A stretch of 64,000 nt of DNA, taken from Gracilinanus agilis. Taxonomy: Eukaryota. The notes under the pieces are model-generated. The model had not been told where the DNA came from. It did no database searches and saw nothing but the letters and a program-made list of their open reading frames with translations. This document shows positions 18,101 to 32,534 of this stretch, piece after piece. The position numbers were made by a program, and so were the translations under genes. How positions within the stretch are numbered: the first letter of the stretch is position 1; each line of letters starts with the position of its first letter. The stretch spans positions 202,220,827 through 202,284,826 of the forward strand of contig NC_058130.1 of the NCBI RefSeq assembly GCF_016433145.1, given 5' to 3'.

Positions 18101-21100
18101 TGTAAAAAAAAAAGTAATTTCTGTTAAGTTTAGAAAGGGCCTTAGAGATCTCCTAGTTCAAGTAGAAAACTGAATTTTACAGAAGTTGTATGACTTCCCC
18201 ACGTTAACAAATAGAGAAGAAAAACCAAACCAGAATCCAGATCTCCTTATCTTTGGACCACTGCTTCATCAGCATACAATCTTTGACCTACCAAATTTAG
18301 GCTCTTCACAGACACAAAGGGAGGCACTTCTAGAATGGGGGAAGCATCCAAAGGATTGAAACCGTGTTTATTACCAAAGTGCTAGATAATGTAGAAAAAC
18401 CAAAGAAGTGTGTACATCTCTTTATATGTGCTCCAAAATGTATTTTATGATCTGAAACTTTGTTGCCAAGGATGGGAATCATATAAGGTACATAAGGGCT
18501 GTATCTCAGAACTCAGACTCACTCTATTGTGCCTAGCTTTTTGTTAGTAATCAGAAAGTGACTGAGCAGTTACCTCTGTGGTCACATTTTTTGGGAAACT
18601 GCATTATATTAATCCATGACTTAGAGTCTTCTTGTTGGAAGAGAAACTTTTAAGACAGAGTTATGTTCTATTGAATCAAATATCTATTTTATGAGAGTGG
18701 GGGACTTTACACAGTGGATCTTTGTATTCTCTGCCCTGTTTAATCACATGACTCCAAAGATGTGGTTCACCATAGAGAATTGTGAAAGACTATCATCCCC
18801 TTCGTTTTTCATCAGTGCTACCAGGAGATGTGTATCATTCTCAAAAGATGTTATAAGGATGAGAATGTTTACCTCTTCCCCTCCCCTCACACTAAAAAAA
18901 AAAAAGAGAATGTAGTTATTTGGATCAGTAGCTTTGACAACCTCTCATTCACCTTTTTTTGGGTAATAATATCCATCATTTCCTCCCCCTTTTTACCTTC
19001 TCTTCACATAGATATCTCATTAAATGATCAGCCGTTGATTTCAAGATTGTTACTTCCATAATGAATTTCTGTGATATATACTTTTTTGTCTGCCTAAACA
19101 TCATATCACTTTTCCCACATAGCACATTAGGCATTCAGGCGTTAAGGTCCAAATAGAATTCCTCTGTCACTGATGATGAAAATAGATGGTTAGAGGAATG
19201 TTGATTAATTTGTTCTATTCTGCTCTATTCTATTCCATTCTAAGCATCCACTTCTTGCCTGTTTAACCTATGAATGCTTTTGAATTTATGTTACTTGATT
19301 GGTTCCCATGTCAAGCTTTCTGTAGCATTTTTCCCTTTCACTACTTTTTTGCTGTTTTATGAAATAATTCTTGTAATATTCTACCTTCCTCTTAAGAGTT
19401 TTGCAAATGAGTTTGTATTTTAAACCAGTTTATCATGTGTTTTCTTATCGAAGCTGTTTCTTTCTGCTTTTGGGCCTCCTTACTATGGTTGTTGCTTTAC
19501 ATTATGTTTAATTTTGTAGGAAACAGTGATAAGGTCAACATCTTTGCCTTTTTCCATTTCCCGTTTTTCAGCCTTGACAAACTCATTTGAATAGATGAGG
19601 CTGAAACTGTTGCAACTGTCCTTCCAACAGAAGAAAAATAAAGGGAGCAGAGACTGTTGGGAAGATTAATCTGGAGATAGTATGCTGGAATCACACTGGA
19701 AGGGATGTCAGATCCTACCAAGGAGGCTGAAAAATGATTTTGCAATCAACACACCACTGGTGACCTTGAAGAAGGAGCAATTTCATTGAGTGGTAGGTAT
19801 AGAAATCACATTTCTGGAAGTTAAGGAGAATAGGTTGTGAAGTAGAAGCATTGAATATTAATTAATACTCATTTGAGAATTTTAGCAGTGAATGAAAGGA
19901 AATAATAGTGGCTCCACCAAGGGAATATATAGGTCTTTATAATAACTGACATTTGTATGGTACTTGTTTGTAAAGTACATTGCATATATTATCTGATTTG
20001 ATCAACAACCCTTTAAGGTAAATACTAGTTTTATTATCCTCCTGGTGGAACTGAAGCTTAGCATTTAAGTGACTTCATTTAATACAACTAGTCATTTTAT
20101 AGATGAGGAAGAAAACTGAGACCCAGAGAAATTAAGTGTGTTGCCCAAAGTCACACAGGACAGAGCTGGCATTCACATTCAAGTCCTGAACTCTAAATCC
20201 CAAACTCCTCCTCCTTCTATGTTAGGCTTCCACTTTCAAGTATGAGAAAACCAGAGCATGTTCTTGAAGATAAAAGGGAAGAAAGCATTGGGGAGAGAAA
20301 CTGAAGGCCTTGGAGAAAGAGCAAGGGTCCTGAAATGAGTTAGGTATACTGTGAAAGGCACAAGTGGAAGCGTTGTTAGCCTTTGAAATGAGAAGATAAC
20401 TGCAGCTGAGCCTGAAGGGCAAGGAAGAAGAGGTAAGAAGAAATTGAGAAATTCTGAATTAGGTACAGTTTTAGAGATCTCATGCCTAACTGCATGTCGT
20501 TTTTTTCCCCTGTAAGTTAGTATAGCAGAGTAGGGAGAGGGATGGGACTAAGGGAATGAAGGATGGAGATTTTTAAACTGCTCTCTTTAACAATAAAGTT
20601 TCTAATCCAAAATAAGTTTGGTACTTTAGCAGTGGAAATTGGCCCCCAATGGACTAGAAGTTAAGAAATGTTTATTCTTATTCTAGCCTAACTACTGTGA
20701 CATTACCAAGTTACAACTTCTCCATGTTTCTCATGTGAGAGCTGTTTCCTTTTAGCTCTGAAATAGATAATCTGTAATTCTGTGGAGAAATGTTTAAGAA
20801 CCTAAAAGGGAAAATGGAAAAGGAGAGACTGGAAATGTTGGCATTAGAATGAGGTTATTTGAGGGAATCAAGTCCAAGTGCAGAGTGGCAAGGGATAAAA
20901 TGAAGAGCAAAGCTGGAGAAGGAATGGAAAAAGAGGTACCTTTTTCCCTGTTAGTGGGAAGAATGAGTATGAGTAAATAAGCAAATTTTCATTCTTAAAA
21001 ATGTGTCGGGAAATGGGAAATGAGGTTGTAACCATTCAAAAGATAGTCACTGACTTAAATCAAGTAGACGAGTATAAAACTTTTTGTAAAACCTTTTAAA

Positions 21101-21469
21101 AGTTAACCATAAAAGTATAGTAAGGGCTAGGTAATTGGGGTTGTTATTTGCCCAGGGTCATACAACTAGAAAGTGTCTCAAGCTAGATTTGAACCCAGGA
21201 CCTTCCATTTCCAGCACTGGCTCTATCCACTGAGCCACCTTGCTGCCCCTAATGTACTTAAAGTCAGAAAGATTGTATTCTGAGTTCCTAAACAGAACCA
21301 TGTACCATGGTACTTGGGTTCCCTAATGACATACAAAGAAGAGGGGTTAAATCATCTTTTTTTTTTTTTTTTTTTAATCTTCTTTTAGAAGGTGGAAAGG
21401 GACAACACCCAAGGCACAATAGCCAAGTAATGGCCAATAAGGTAGACTGGACTGGGTCTCTAGGAAAGC

Positions 21470-23940
21470 ATTGAGAAAAAGGGTAGGGCTCCAGAGGTTT
21501 TGAATGAGTCCTCTGCAAAGGAAAACATTCATAAATTTAGTAACCAGCTAGGGTGGCTGGGAAAGAGGCAAGACCAATTCATAGTTAATTCGATCATCTA
21601 TCTTGTGCTTTTTTGTTTTAACACTAGAAAAGAGTCAATCTAGAGATTCCCTAAAAATGGCACCATTTTCCCCTGATGGTCAAGCCAGTTCCACTATTGA
21701 CCATGAGTAGGTGCTATAATCAAATATGCTGCTGGAGGGCTTGGAACACTAGATGGAATCCAAGCCAGCTGGGTGAAGGCATTTGTTCACCAAGGATGGG
21801 GAGAGTTGGAAGTCATTCATTGACAAAAGGACCAGGAGGGAAAAGCAAGGAGGTCCTATGGAGGGCAATGAAAAAGGGAAGGGCAACCCATTTCCCACAG
21901 TTTATTGTATGGGGTAGGTAACCTGAAGTTATCTGGGCCTTTGGGCTATGATTCTGAGAACAGCTTCTTTGCTGTAAAGAATCTGTGTAAAACCTACAAC
22001 CAAATTCTCAAAAGGAACAGTAGATTCTCTGGGGTTTTGGTCATGCATATATAAAACTGATTCATGCTCTTAGCCACAATAGACATACAACATTATGGAC
22101 ATAAGCCATACTTGCTCTAAAGATACAGTTTTGTCAAAAAGTATCATAATAGTGACATAGTTAAGTGAATATTTTAAAAATAGATAAATTAAAGACACAG
22201 GTGACCAATGTTGGTAAACTTCACAATGAAACAGCACTGTTATTGGAAAGAAACAAACAAAAGGAAAAATCAGATAATAATAAAATTCTAATTGAATATC
22301 TCGTTATAAAACAAAACCATCTTAAAATGCTTGCTCAAGAACATATCAAATAAATACCACAAGACCATCACAGTATTTGAATGCTGAAAGCATTTACATA
22401 CATGAACAATTTCAGATTCAAAAATTAAATTTAAAAATTCTTATTCCCCCCCTGAAAAGAGAAATGTTAAGGATTTAATAATAAATTACACAGATAAATT
22501 CACTTTTAAAAAGTCTATTTTAACACAGGGCTGTGATGAGGTGTCTGAGTAGAGTAGATATATCAATTTTCATTGCCTCTATTTCACCCATATCAACCAC
22601 TATTTTCAAAACTTACTTCAAATCTCTTTTGAACTCTTGTACAAGACTTGATCCTATATTAAACAACAAATCCAAGTAGTTAGATGTCTCTTTAAGATAG
22701 ACCATGAGTTATTCTCTAATGATAACTAATTTGACCTCACTAATCTCACTAAATAGATTTATACCTTGGTTTCACAGACTACTGCAATATTCCCCAATTA
22801 TTTCCATAACACTCTTTTCAAGGACCTCATAATTAGTAACAGGTAGGTGACAAGCACAGTATTCATATCTTAAAAACTGCATCTCTTATCATGAATTTAT
22901 AGAGTAGTGATGGTGAACCATTCAGAAACTGAGTGCTCAAACTGCAACCTTCTCTGCATTTGAGCCCCCTGCCTTACCCCTGACAGGGGAAGAGTGGGGG
23001 AATGACAGGCACTCCCATTGGGCTGCAGGGCAGAGGGGCAGGTGATGTGAGAATTGTCCTTAAGGGCTATGGAGAAGGTGAAGGGAGTGGCCCGCTCCGG
23101 CATGTGTGCCATAGGTTCACCAAAATGGATATAAAGGATTCTCATAAAAGGGCTCCAGAGGTTGTGAATGAGTTCTTTGCAGTAGAACAAAAGGAAAACA
23201 TTAATAAATTTAGCAACTGTAACCTTTATCATACCATTAATACATAATACTGAACTTGAGGATTGGAGGTAGTAGGCATAGAAGCTCTGTCACTATGGAA
23301 TTTCCCTTGTGGGAAAATCCTTTCTAGCAATCGCTCCTTGCAGTGGCTTGTTGGCCAGGAAAAGCCTCCACCCATCAGGAAAACACACCCTGACCAAAGT
23401 AGGAGCTGAAAAAAATCAGTCTTCCAGACTTAAAGGGGAGGAGATAAAGAAAATGCTAACATGTTTGCAACAGATTTCATATAATAGTGCACTTATCTAA
23501 AACCTAAGCAGAATTTACAGGCCAATACTAGGCAATTAGTTCTTTAAGCCCCATTGACTTGACACATTTGTGTCACACAAATTGCCACAATAAGAAAATT
23601 TCCCAGGCCTCCAAAGAAAAGTTACAAAAGACTTCACTAGAAATTTTTCTTTCTGAAATTAAGCTTAAGATCCAATCCACCACCAAAAAAAAAAAGCAAT
23701 CATTAGTATTTAACAACTCTTTAAAGCAAAAAATATTTCTAAACATGTAATGATTGCACTCTAGAAAATTATATTGCAAGGTCCAAAAAATTAGGTAGCA
23801 AAGTATGGCCTTTTCTCTGAGTAGAATCCTCAAGGATTCCCACAGAACACAAAGAGTTAATACAGTGACTAGGAAAATGCTTAAGGTCACATTTAAAACT
23901 GATAGAGCATTTAAAATTACAAAGGCTAACATTTACTGAA
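21470..23940 (+). mobile_element. Highly degraded L1-clade ORF2 (RT/thumb) relic(s)
   Basis: Motifs read by eye: KAF-like (22388), IIN..TQGC (22478-22534), KENI[HN]KFSN twice, WLG...W...GGLG (21554-21745), WPGK..PK*..LPDLK (~23352-23435). Confidence 0.5.
22905..23128 (+). mobile_element. hAT-type MITE
   Basis: (c/t)agtgatggtgaacc ... gccataggttcacca termini; degenerate 8-bp TSD ttatagag/atataaag. Confidence 0.7.
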
Positions 23941-24317
23941 GAAGATGGGCACAACTATCTAACAAACAGGTTAATCAGCTAGGGCTTCATTCCCTGGGGT
24001 AGTCAGGGACCTACAACTCTACTAGATCTAAAGACCTCAAATACAAAGTAAAGCAAATTATGCCCCTCAGAAACAAAACAAAATAAAACCAAAAAAAGCT
24101 AATCAAAGATGTCCAAAAGATTGACTAATTATAACAAAAACAATAACCAGGATATAATTCAGGATACAAAATTAATTTTTCTCATTTCTAATTGGAGGAA
24201 AGTTTAGAGGCTTTCCAAATTGGGAGGGGGAACAATGAAACAGGAAAGTACCTGTGGCAGCACAATATGGAGTTTGTGCTTTCAAGTTAAAGTTTGATTG
24301 GTCCTCTTGGTTTTGTT

Positions 24318-24500
24318 TTTTTTTTTAACCCTTATCTTCTATCTTAGAATCTGTACTGTGAATTGGTTCCAAGGCAGAAGAGCAATAACAATGGGGGTTA
24401 AGTGACTTGACCAGGGTCACACAGCTAGGAAGTATCTGAGGTCACATTTGAACCTAAGACCTCCTGTCTCTAGGCCTGGCCCTCAGTCTACTGAGTCCAC
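24318..24500 (-). mobile_element. Marsupial SINE
   Basis: aacccttatcttc..ggttccaaggcagaag..gtcacacagctaggaag..tttgaacc. Confidence 0.85.
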
Positions 24501-25139
24501 CAGTAAAGCGGGAGGGGGGGAGGAGTGTGCCTTCTTGATTCTTACATGATAATAAATATATTTTATACATGCTCTTTATTTTTTCTTTACAGTTCTCACA
24601 AAAATTGAATCACCATCAATAGAAGGTTACTTATTTCCTCACTTTCTGGACATTTTAAAATGATCAAAATTACAGTGGAAACATTAATTTTCAAATTACT
24701 TAACTTATGGCATTCTCTTAATTCATAACCCAAAAGAATCTGAATTTAAAATAATTTATTATTTTAATAATAGGTTTCAGTTGATTATCATGCCATACAA
24801 TTAATAAATTCTAGTTATTACTAAAAAATAAAACCAGAATTAATTCACTTACATCCAGATTTTTTTTCTCAAAATGGAATCATACAGAATTTCAGTTAAT
24901 ATTGGTGTAATAATTTAATATTAATTTAAACATTAATACCATTAGTAATTAGTACAAATTAGACATCAGCATAGTTAGTACAATTAAAATATGAGTGGTT
25001 AGCATTGTAAATTAATGGCATTTAATATTGCTATAGAGGAACCTCCATCTAAATATTAGAGATGTAATAAAAGCAAAAGCCCATAAGTTAAGTTCTCAAG
25101 TTTTCTATGACCAAAAACCTTTTGCAAACTATTATAACA

Positions 25140-27430
25140 AGGTGGCCTGGCAGTACCAGATTTCAAACCATATTACAAAGTAGTAATCATCAAAACAATC
25201 TGGTACTGGCTAAGAAATTGAGTGGTGGTCAAGTGAACTAGATTAGGTATATTTTACAAAATAGTAAATGACATAGAATCTAGTGTTTTGATAAGCCCCA
25301 AAATCCAAGCTTTGAATAGTTGGGAAAATTGAAAAGCAATTTGGCTAAGACCAGACATAGACCAACATCTGAACACCATATGTGTAGCAGGATTGATGCA
25401 AAATCTCTTGCATTTGCAAAATCACCGGAGGCAGTCCTGGCAGTTAGGGGAATGGAACTTTGACCCAGCAAGTCCCTGGTCTCAAGACCTGACTGTTGGA
25501 GCTGGGACTATAAATTCCCCTGAAAAACCAACCTGGGGGTTCTGATTTCCTTGACCTCACCCAGACATCCAGCTACCCCCTGGACTTCCCCTGGGGACCC
25601 TGGGAGGGGAAGGGAAGGTGTGATTGGTGGGTTGTGGAATATGGGAAGAATTAGTTAGCTTACCCTAGGCAGGGACACCCCTAAATCAAATCAATTACCC
25701 TCATTTGTCAAGCTGGTAGACCACTCTACAACAGGGCAATTATCCCTGGCTGAGGGGCTGGTTCCCTCAGCTTGATCTTACCTTCTGAGGCCTTCTGCCA
25801 GCCCTGGCCATTCACCCATAGCAACAGCTTCTTCAGACCCTAACCTTCCTCCCTCAGTTTACCCTTGTGTTAAAATAAACCCCTTGGCCTGTTTCTGAGA
25901 ATTTCAGTAATTCATTTATAACATCAACCAGGGCCAGGGGCTGAGGAGAAGGAGGATAGTTGTCACTAGTCTCCAGAGGGGTTTGACCAGGCATCCATCT
26001 TGCTCAGGAAGTGAACCAGTTTCACTTCCTGTTGGTTTCTAGTTTCTCACCAGCAGGGAGGGGCTCCTCACCCCTCACCTTAAAGGAGCCTACAGACAGC
26101 AGGGAGACTGACAGGACATCTCTGCTCAAGCCCTCACATCTCTAGCTGTCACTGACCAAATACTGTAGTTGTAGGCTCTCTGACCCAAGGGACTTACAGG
26201 TACCACCAGCTTTCCAATTACCAGCCTGTCTAGCCCCTTATTACATATGCCAACATAAGGTAAAAATGGGTAAATGATTTAAATATAAAGGGTGTTATCA
26301 TAAATAAATTAGGGGAACGTGGACATTTTTAGCTGTCAGTTCTATGAATAAGAGAAGAGTTTATAATCAAACGAGATTGAAAGGATCATGGGAAATAAAG
26401 TGAATAACTGATCGCATTAAGTTAAAAGTTTTTGCACAAACAAAACCAATATAGCCAAAATGAGAAAGAAAAAAGGAAACGAGGTTGTGGGGAAGGCTCA
26501 TTTCTCAAATATATAGGGAACTGGGCTAAATTTATAAAAATATGAACTATTTTCCAATTGATAAATGGTCAAAGGATATGAACAGGTAGTTTTCAGAAGA
26601 AGCAAACAGCTTTCAATAGTAACATTTAAAAATGCTTTAAATCATTATTGATTAGAGAAATGCAAATTAAAATAGCTTTGAGGTATCACCTCACACCTAC
26701 CAGATAGGCTAACATGATGGAAAAGGGAAATGACAACTGTTAGAGGGGATGTGGAAAAATTGGGACACTATTGCATTATTGGTGGAATTCTGAACTGAGT
26801 CAATCATTCTGGAGAACATTTTGGAACTATGCCTTTAAAGCTCTGCATCCCATTTGACCTAGAAATACCACTACTAGGTCTGTATCCCAAGGAGATCAAA
26901 GAAAAAGGAAAAGAAAAAAATATTTATAGCATCTTTTTTTGTGGTGCCAAAGAATTGGAAGTGGAAGCCCATTAATTGGCTCAAAAATGGCTCAAAAAAG
27001 TTGTGGTATATGATTACATTGGAATATTATTGTGCTATAAGAAATGACAACGCAGAATAGTTTCAGACAAACCTGGGAAAACTTTTAGTAACTGATGCAA
27101 AGGGAAATGAGCAGAAACAAGAGGATATTTTACAGAGTAACAAAAATATTGCAATCATGATCAGCTATGAAAGACTTTAGCTATTCTGATCAAAACAGTG
27201 ATCTACAATAATTCCAAAGGACTCATGATGAAAAATGCTGTCCACCTCCAGAGAGAGAACTCTTAAGTGGAGATTGAAGCATACTTTTTTCACTTTATTT
27301 TTCTTTGTGTTTGTGTATATGTTTTACAACATGGCTAATATAGAACTATGCTTTGCCTGACTTAATATATGTAATAATATATTGTTTGCCTTCATGATGG
27401 GACCTCAAATTTTTAATGAATATCAAAAAT
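25140..27430 (+). mobile_element. Old L1 3' portion (ORF2 C-terminus + 3' UTR) split by an LTR
   Basis: GGLAVPDF..YYKVVIIKTIWYWLRN, attagagaaatgcaaattaaa, gaggtatcacctcacacc. Confidence 0.85.
25383..26245 (+). mobile_element. Solo LTR (863 bp), ERV1-type TSD length
   Basis: TG...CA, 4-bp TSD TATG (25379-82 / 26246-49), TATA-like ctataaat (~25508), AATAAA (~25874); L1 rejoins as caccatatgccaacataag. Confidence 0.88.
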
Positions 27431-28439
27431 TTTTAAAGTAACTGGAAATTAATGAAATTAAAATATAATTCAGTGGTGATTTTTAAAAAGTTATGAAGTC
27501 ATTATATTGAACATTTTTCTGGTGACAAGAAAATGAATTACAGAAGCTTCACAAAAAGCTAGCACATGGTAGGTACTTAATAAATGTTTATTGCGTCATA
27601 TCAATTCAGTTCAAAAGACATTTATTAACTGATCATAGTGACCCATTCAAGGAGTTTCAGAGATCAAGAAAACAGCCAATTACTTTTAGGAATTTATAAT
27701 CCTATAAATGAATGAACAAACAAAAAAATTTTACAAAGCACACATACTATGTGCAAAGTACTGTGCCAGGAAACTGATTGTTAGCAATGGGAAGGCAGAC
27801 AGAAATGGGCTGCAAATTCCAGTTGGGAGAAATATCTCCAATTCTGTGCTTTTAAATTATTCTTGAGCAGAGTAGGAATCAGTCTCAGCATGGGTAGGCC
27901 AAATTGAGAGATCAAATGTGTTTTAATCATCTACTATGTACTAAGTACTGAACAAGTAATTTGGAAGACTGGATGTCCTAAAAGATCCAAGCAGCAGCTT
28001 TTAGGAAACAGACTGTCAGATGGCGATATGGTTATCCAAGTGTTATCAAAGACAATATAGTTGTTACTGTAATGAATAAAATGAATATAGATGGATATTA
28101 AAAGTATTAATAGTTTATTTAAAGTCATTTTGATAGTTATAGCCACGTGCCTGATAAGATCTAATTCAAATCCCCTGCCATTACTTTCTCCCATCTGGCT
28201 GCCTCAAAGAGAGCGTCTCTCAATCACATCAGGAGTCTTATACCTCTGTCTACATAATCATACTTCCTGTCGTAAGAGGAATCATGGGAAATGTAGTTTC
28301 CAAGTCCCCTAAACGTCCACAGGAAGTTTATATCATATATCTAAATATTAAAGCTTAATGAACCCCAAAGAACCCCAAATTCCAATAACACAGTATAGCA
28401 TTACCACCTTGGCAGTTTCATATCCATTATGAAATTTTT

Positions 28440-30000
28440 TATCAGCTTTCAGCAATATTGAACAACTGCCATGTGCAAGGCCTTTTGGGTAGACACTGAG
28501 AGGATAAAATGAATAAAAGAGACCCTGCTTTTAAGTAGTTCATCATAATATAAGGGGAAAACAAAGCATACACATAAATACAATACCTTTTTTTAAAGAT
28601 ATTTCTTAATGAAAATTATATAATTATGGTTGTCAAAAAAAACTCCTTCATATCAGGAAGGATCAAGTAGAATTGATATTTTCTCTTAGTCTCAAATGAT
28701 GGGTAGTAGTTCAGAAGAGAAAGAAAGTGAATGAAATGTGCAAATGTGTGAAGACCAGCTGGAGCAAAGTATGTTTGAGAAATGGACAGTAGTTCAGATT
28801 TGGCTAGAACGTAGATTATAGATTATAATCTAATATAGAGGGAACAGAGATTATATATAATTATATATGAAAAAGTAGTGGAGACAATATTGAAAAAGTA
28901 GGTTAGGGCTAGATAGTATAAAGTACTTGCAAATTTGGATTTTAGGTGATGGGAAGTTATTGAAGGTTTTTGAGCAGAGGAATTACTGTATCAGAGTAGT
29001 GCCATACTAACACTGATTTGGAGATGGTGTATTTGATGGAGGAATAAAGACTAGAAGCAAAGAAGCCAGTTAGGAGTTACTGCAGTGGTCCAAGTGAGGG
29101 GCGATAAGGGCTTAACTGAGGGAATTGTAATCAGAATGTAGAGGACAGATTCAAAATAAGGTATCCTTTCCACATCTCAGCTTTCCCCACTGTAGTTTTG
29201 ATATATCACAGGGCAGCATAAAAAATTTAATGGAAATTTTGGGGGAGTTTTGCAGAAGCCACTGATGACAATGTGAAGGCCAACACAGAAAAAGTTTAGG
29301 AACTCAGAAGTGTATAAAATATATGTATTATGGGGGCAGCTGGGTAGCTCAGTGGATTGAGAGCCAGGCCTACAGAAGGGAGGTCCTAGGTTCAAATCTG
29401 ACCTCAGACACTTCCCAGCTGTGTGACCCCGGGCAAGTCACTTGACCCCCATTGCCTACCCTTGCCACTCTTCTGCCTTGGAGCCAATGCACAGTATTGA
29501 CTCCAAGATGGAAGGTAAAGGTTTGGGGGGGGGAAAAGATATCTTGGACAGGTTTGGCTGACTAATCACAAATGCAGAACTGAAATTTTGGACACTTGAC
29601 ATAATAGATTTGGAAGTCATGCGCCCAGAGGTCACAGTTGGATTTGGAACAAGCATCATCTACAGAGAGGAAAGAATCAAGGATAAAATCTTGGGGAACA
29701 TTTATAATTAGAAGACTGGCAATGGAAGAAAAGTCAGTAAAAAAGAGAAGGATTGATCAAAGGAATATGAGGAAAACCAATACATTTCAGTCATAAAAAA
29801 ACAAAAGAATGTTTCAGGAAGAAAGGGGGTGGTCAAGAGTGTTACATGTTACACAGAGTTAATTAAGGATTAAAGAAAGAACATTGGATTTAATAATTAG
29901 GAAGATGTTAGTGTCCTTTGAGACAGCAGTATCAGTGAGGTGGTGGGATAAAGGATATGGTGCAGTGGGACCATGAGGAAACCAAATCTGATCAAAGTGC
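28440..30000 (-). mobile_element. L2 LINE remnant, interrupted by a SINE
   Basis: gaaggtttttgagcagagg, ccagttaggagttactgcagtggtccaagtgag, gtcctttgagacagcagtatcagtg; boundaries approximate. Confidence 0.6.
29332..29530 (+). mobile_element. SINE1_Mdo-like SINE
   Basis: gggggcagctgggtagctcagtggattgagagcc...ggaaggtaaaggttt. Confidence 0.92.
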
Positions 30001-31289
30001 AAAATTCAGAGATAGGAAGTATTGGTAAGGTTTTAAAAGAACATCAAACACTTTGGAAAGTGATAGTTCAAAAACTTTAATGATCATCTAGTCCAGCCCA
30101 TCTTTCCACAAAATTGTGAGCTCCTTGAGGACAGTCCTTTGCGAAGAGCGGGACTCGGGAGTGTCTGGAGGTGGGATGTCGTGGCGAAAATGAAATGAAA
30201 ATGAGCCAGAGTGCAAGTGGAATTACAAAGGCTGTTCTCTGTTGCCAACTGCTGATTTTTATTTTTATGCCCTTTTTTTCTTTATCTCATACAGGTTTTG
30301 ATTTTCCCATACATTCAAAATCACATATTAACTTTTGAAACATCATAAGATTGGCATTTACTAATTATCTTACTGTGGTTAAACAAAGAAGCAAGCTTGT
30401 CAAGAATTATTCATTACAGAATGGCTTAGTTGGAACTTATTATTTTCAGTCATCTGTAAGGTACAAGAACATCATTTCCAAGTTAAGCATAATAGTTAAT
30501 TATATTTTAACTAATTCAATCATGTATATTGTTACGTTATACTATTCATATCTATCATCAATCAAGGAGATAGTTATAGTAGTTGATTATATCAAATAAA
30601 ATACAATAATATCAGTCTGGTCCAAATTTTGTTCCCATGATGTTCTTTCATTTTTCTCTATTTTTTTAAAAGTATGCTTGCTGTTCTTTCTGCTATAGGG
30701 TTAATAAGAATGCAGTTCTGGAAGGGTGATTCTGTGCTAATTTGTCATTACCCTGTTTTCCTTGTGTTTCACTGTTTCCTTGGTCTGTGGGAGTTTGGGA
30801 ACAAACCCAGGCCAGGTACTTTCTTGCTGGGGAATTTAGAAACTTACATTAACTCACTAATTGCTGGTTTATTGCAGGGATGATTCTAGGGAAAGTTTCT
30901 GTACTCTGGGGGTTTGTATAGGGGTTTATTTTGGGATAGTGGGTAGTCTGTGACTGTGGCTGTTCTTGCCATGAACCTGTATTGTTTTTCTGTGTCTCTC
31001 TGGGGCTGAATAAGGATACTGATTGCAATAATTTCAATGCAACTAAATGTCACTGTAAAAAGAATCACATAGGGTACACTGATTGTGGAATTTCCATCCT
31101 CCTGACAACCTGCTTTGCTGGATTGTCAGAGCTGCTGACTAGCTGTGCTAAACGTCACAGCTTTGATAGCTTCCTGCAGTCCTTGTTTCATGGTCTTTAT
31201 TTCCCAGCCCCTAACTCTGTGATTTACATATAAGACAACTTAGTGAATGTTGAATTTATTATTGAATGAGGTTAGGTCATAGCCTGTCA

Positions 31290-32520
31290 CACTGTTAAGT
31301 GGGAGAACTGGATGGACAAGAACCCAGGTCTACAGGCCTGATGTGTAGTAAAGAAGACTATTCTTTCTCCAACTCATCTCTTCCTGTGCTACATTCTTTT
31401 CTATCTTTTCTTTATCTTGAGACCCCTAGATATCCCTCACCTTTTCCTTTGCTTCAGCCACTTGATGGAGTCGCCCTTCTCACCAAGGCCATCTCTCTTC
31501 TGGTGCCTTTGATCTCATCCCTTCTGGTCGACAGCAACAGGTTTTCCCCACAGTCATCACCTTTATAATTTCCCACTTCTCCTTACTGATTCATTCTATA
31601 GCCAAAATTATGCTTAAGTCTCCTCCATCATTAAAAAGCTTTCCCTTAATCCTATCATCTCTTCAAACTATTGTCATAGGACCAAGGATTTATATTTGGA
31701 TTGGATCTTAAAAGCCATCTAGTCCAAACACCTTCATTTATAAAGAAACAACCTCTGACCCAAAAGTTATAGAGCAAGATTCAAATCCAGCACCCTTTCC
31801 ATTGTATCTTGATGCCTCCCTTTTCTCAGCCAGAGTCCTAAGAATAGCTATTTATGGTATACATGTTGCCTTGATTTTCTTCTTACTCAATTCTGTTTCT
31901 TGAAGCCTGATTCTCTAACCTCATTACTCAACTGCTTTCTCCAATATTACTCATTACCTCTCAAGTGCCAAATCCTTCTCTCAGTTCTCATTCATACAGC
32001 ATTTGACTTTGTTTATCACTCCTTTCTGGATAGTGTCTTCCTGAGTTTTCATGACCCATCTCAGTTTGTTCTCTTATTATACAGATACCTACCAGATACA
32101 CACAAACAGAATTTCAGGTCTATATTCTCATCTTTCTCTTGAATTCTATAATCTTATTCCCCTTTGAGCCCTTCTGTCTTTCTTTTGAGAGCACTCACTT
32201 TCACTCACACAGGTTCACAACCTTGAAATCACTTAATTCTTCCCTTTCACACCCCAGAACCAGTCTTTTGCTGTATCTCATTGATTCTGCCTCTATCATT
32301 CCATTTTCTTCACTCACACAGTTTACAACCTTAGTTGTCAGATTCAATGGACTTTTCTCCCAAATATGACTTTTCTCTTTGGTTCTCATGGTCATCCTGG
32401 TAGTTTTAGCTTTTTTTAATCACTCACTACACTATTGAAATCAATGCATAACATAATTTTTTCTCATCAATTCATTTAGCATACAAGCGATGGATTAGTC
32501 TTACTGTCATTTTGATCTCA
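31290..32520 (+). mobile_element. L2 LINE remnant
   Basis: Pyrimidine-rich L2-like text (tcatacagcatttgactttgtttatcactcc, tttccccacagtcatcac); approximate. Confidence 0.55.
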
Positions 32521-32534
32521 GTATTACGCTTTTT

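Noticed and set aside
21355-21900. Poly-T run as the tail of a minus-strand processed pseudogene
   Set aside because: No TSD or identifiable parent protein; the plus-strand L1-clade reading explains the region better.
22560-22900. Stop-poor minus frame considered as an endogenous RNA-virus fragment
   Set aside because: It has no recognisable borna-, filo- or parvovirus motif, and plus-strand LINE RT-like motifs flank it. A tblastn against viral proteins would settle it.
24530-25030. AT-rich block considered as a NUMT (D-loop)
   Set aside because: No identifiable mitochondrial tRNA, rRNA or conserved sequence block.
30130-31230. Possible LTR-like element
   Set aside because: I could not identify convincing paired termini or a TSD.
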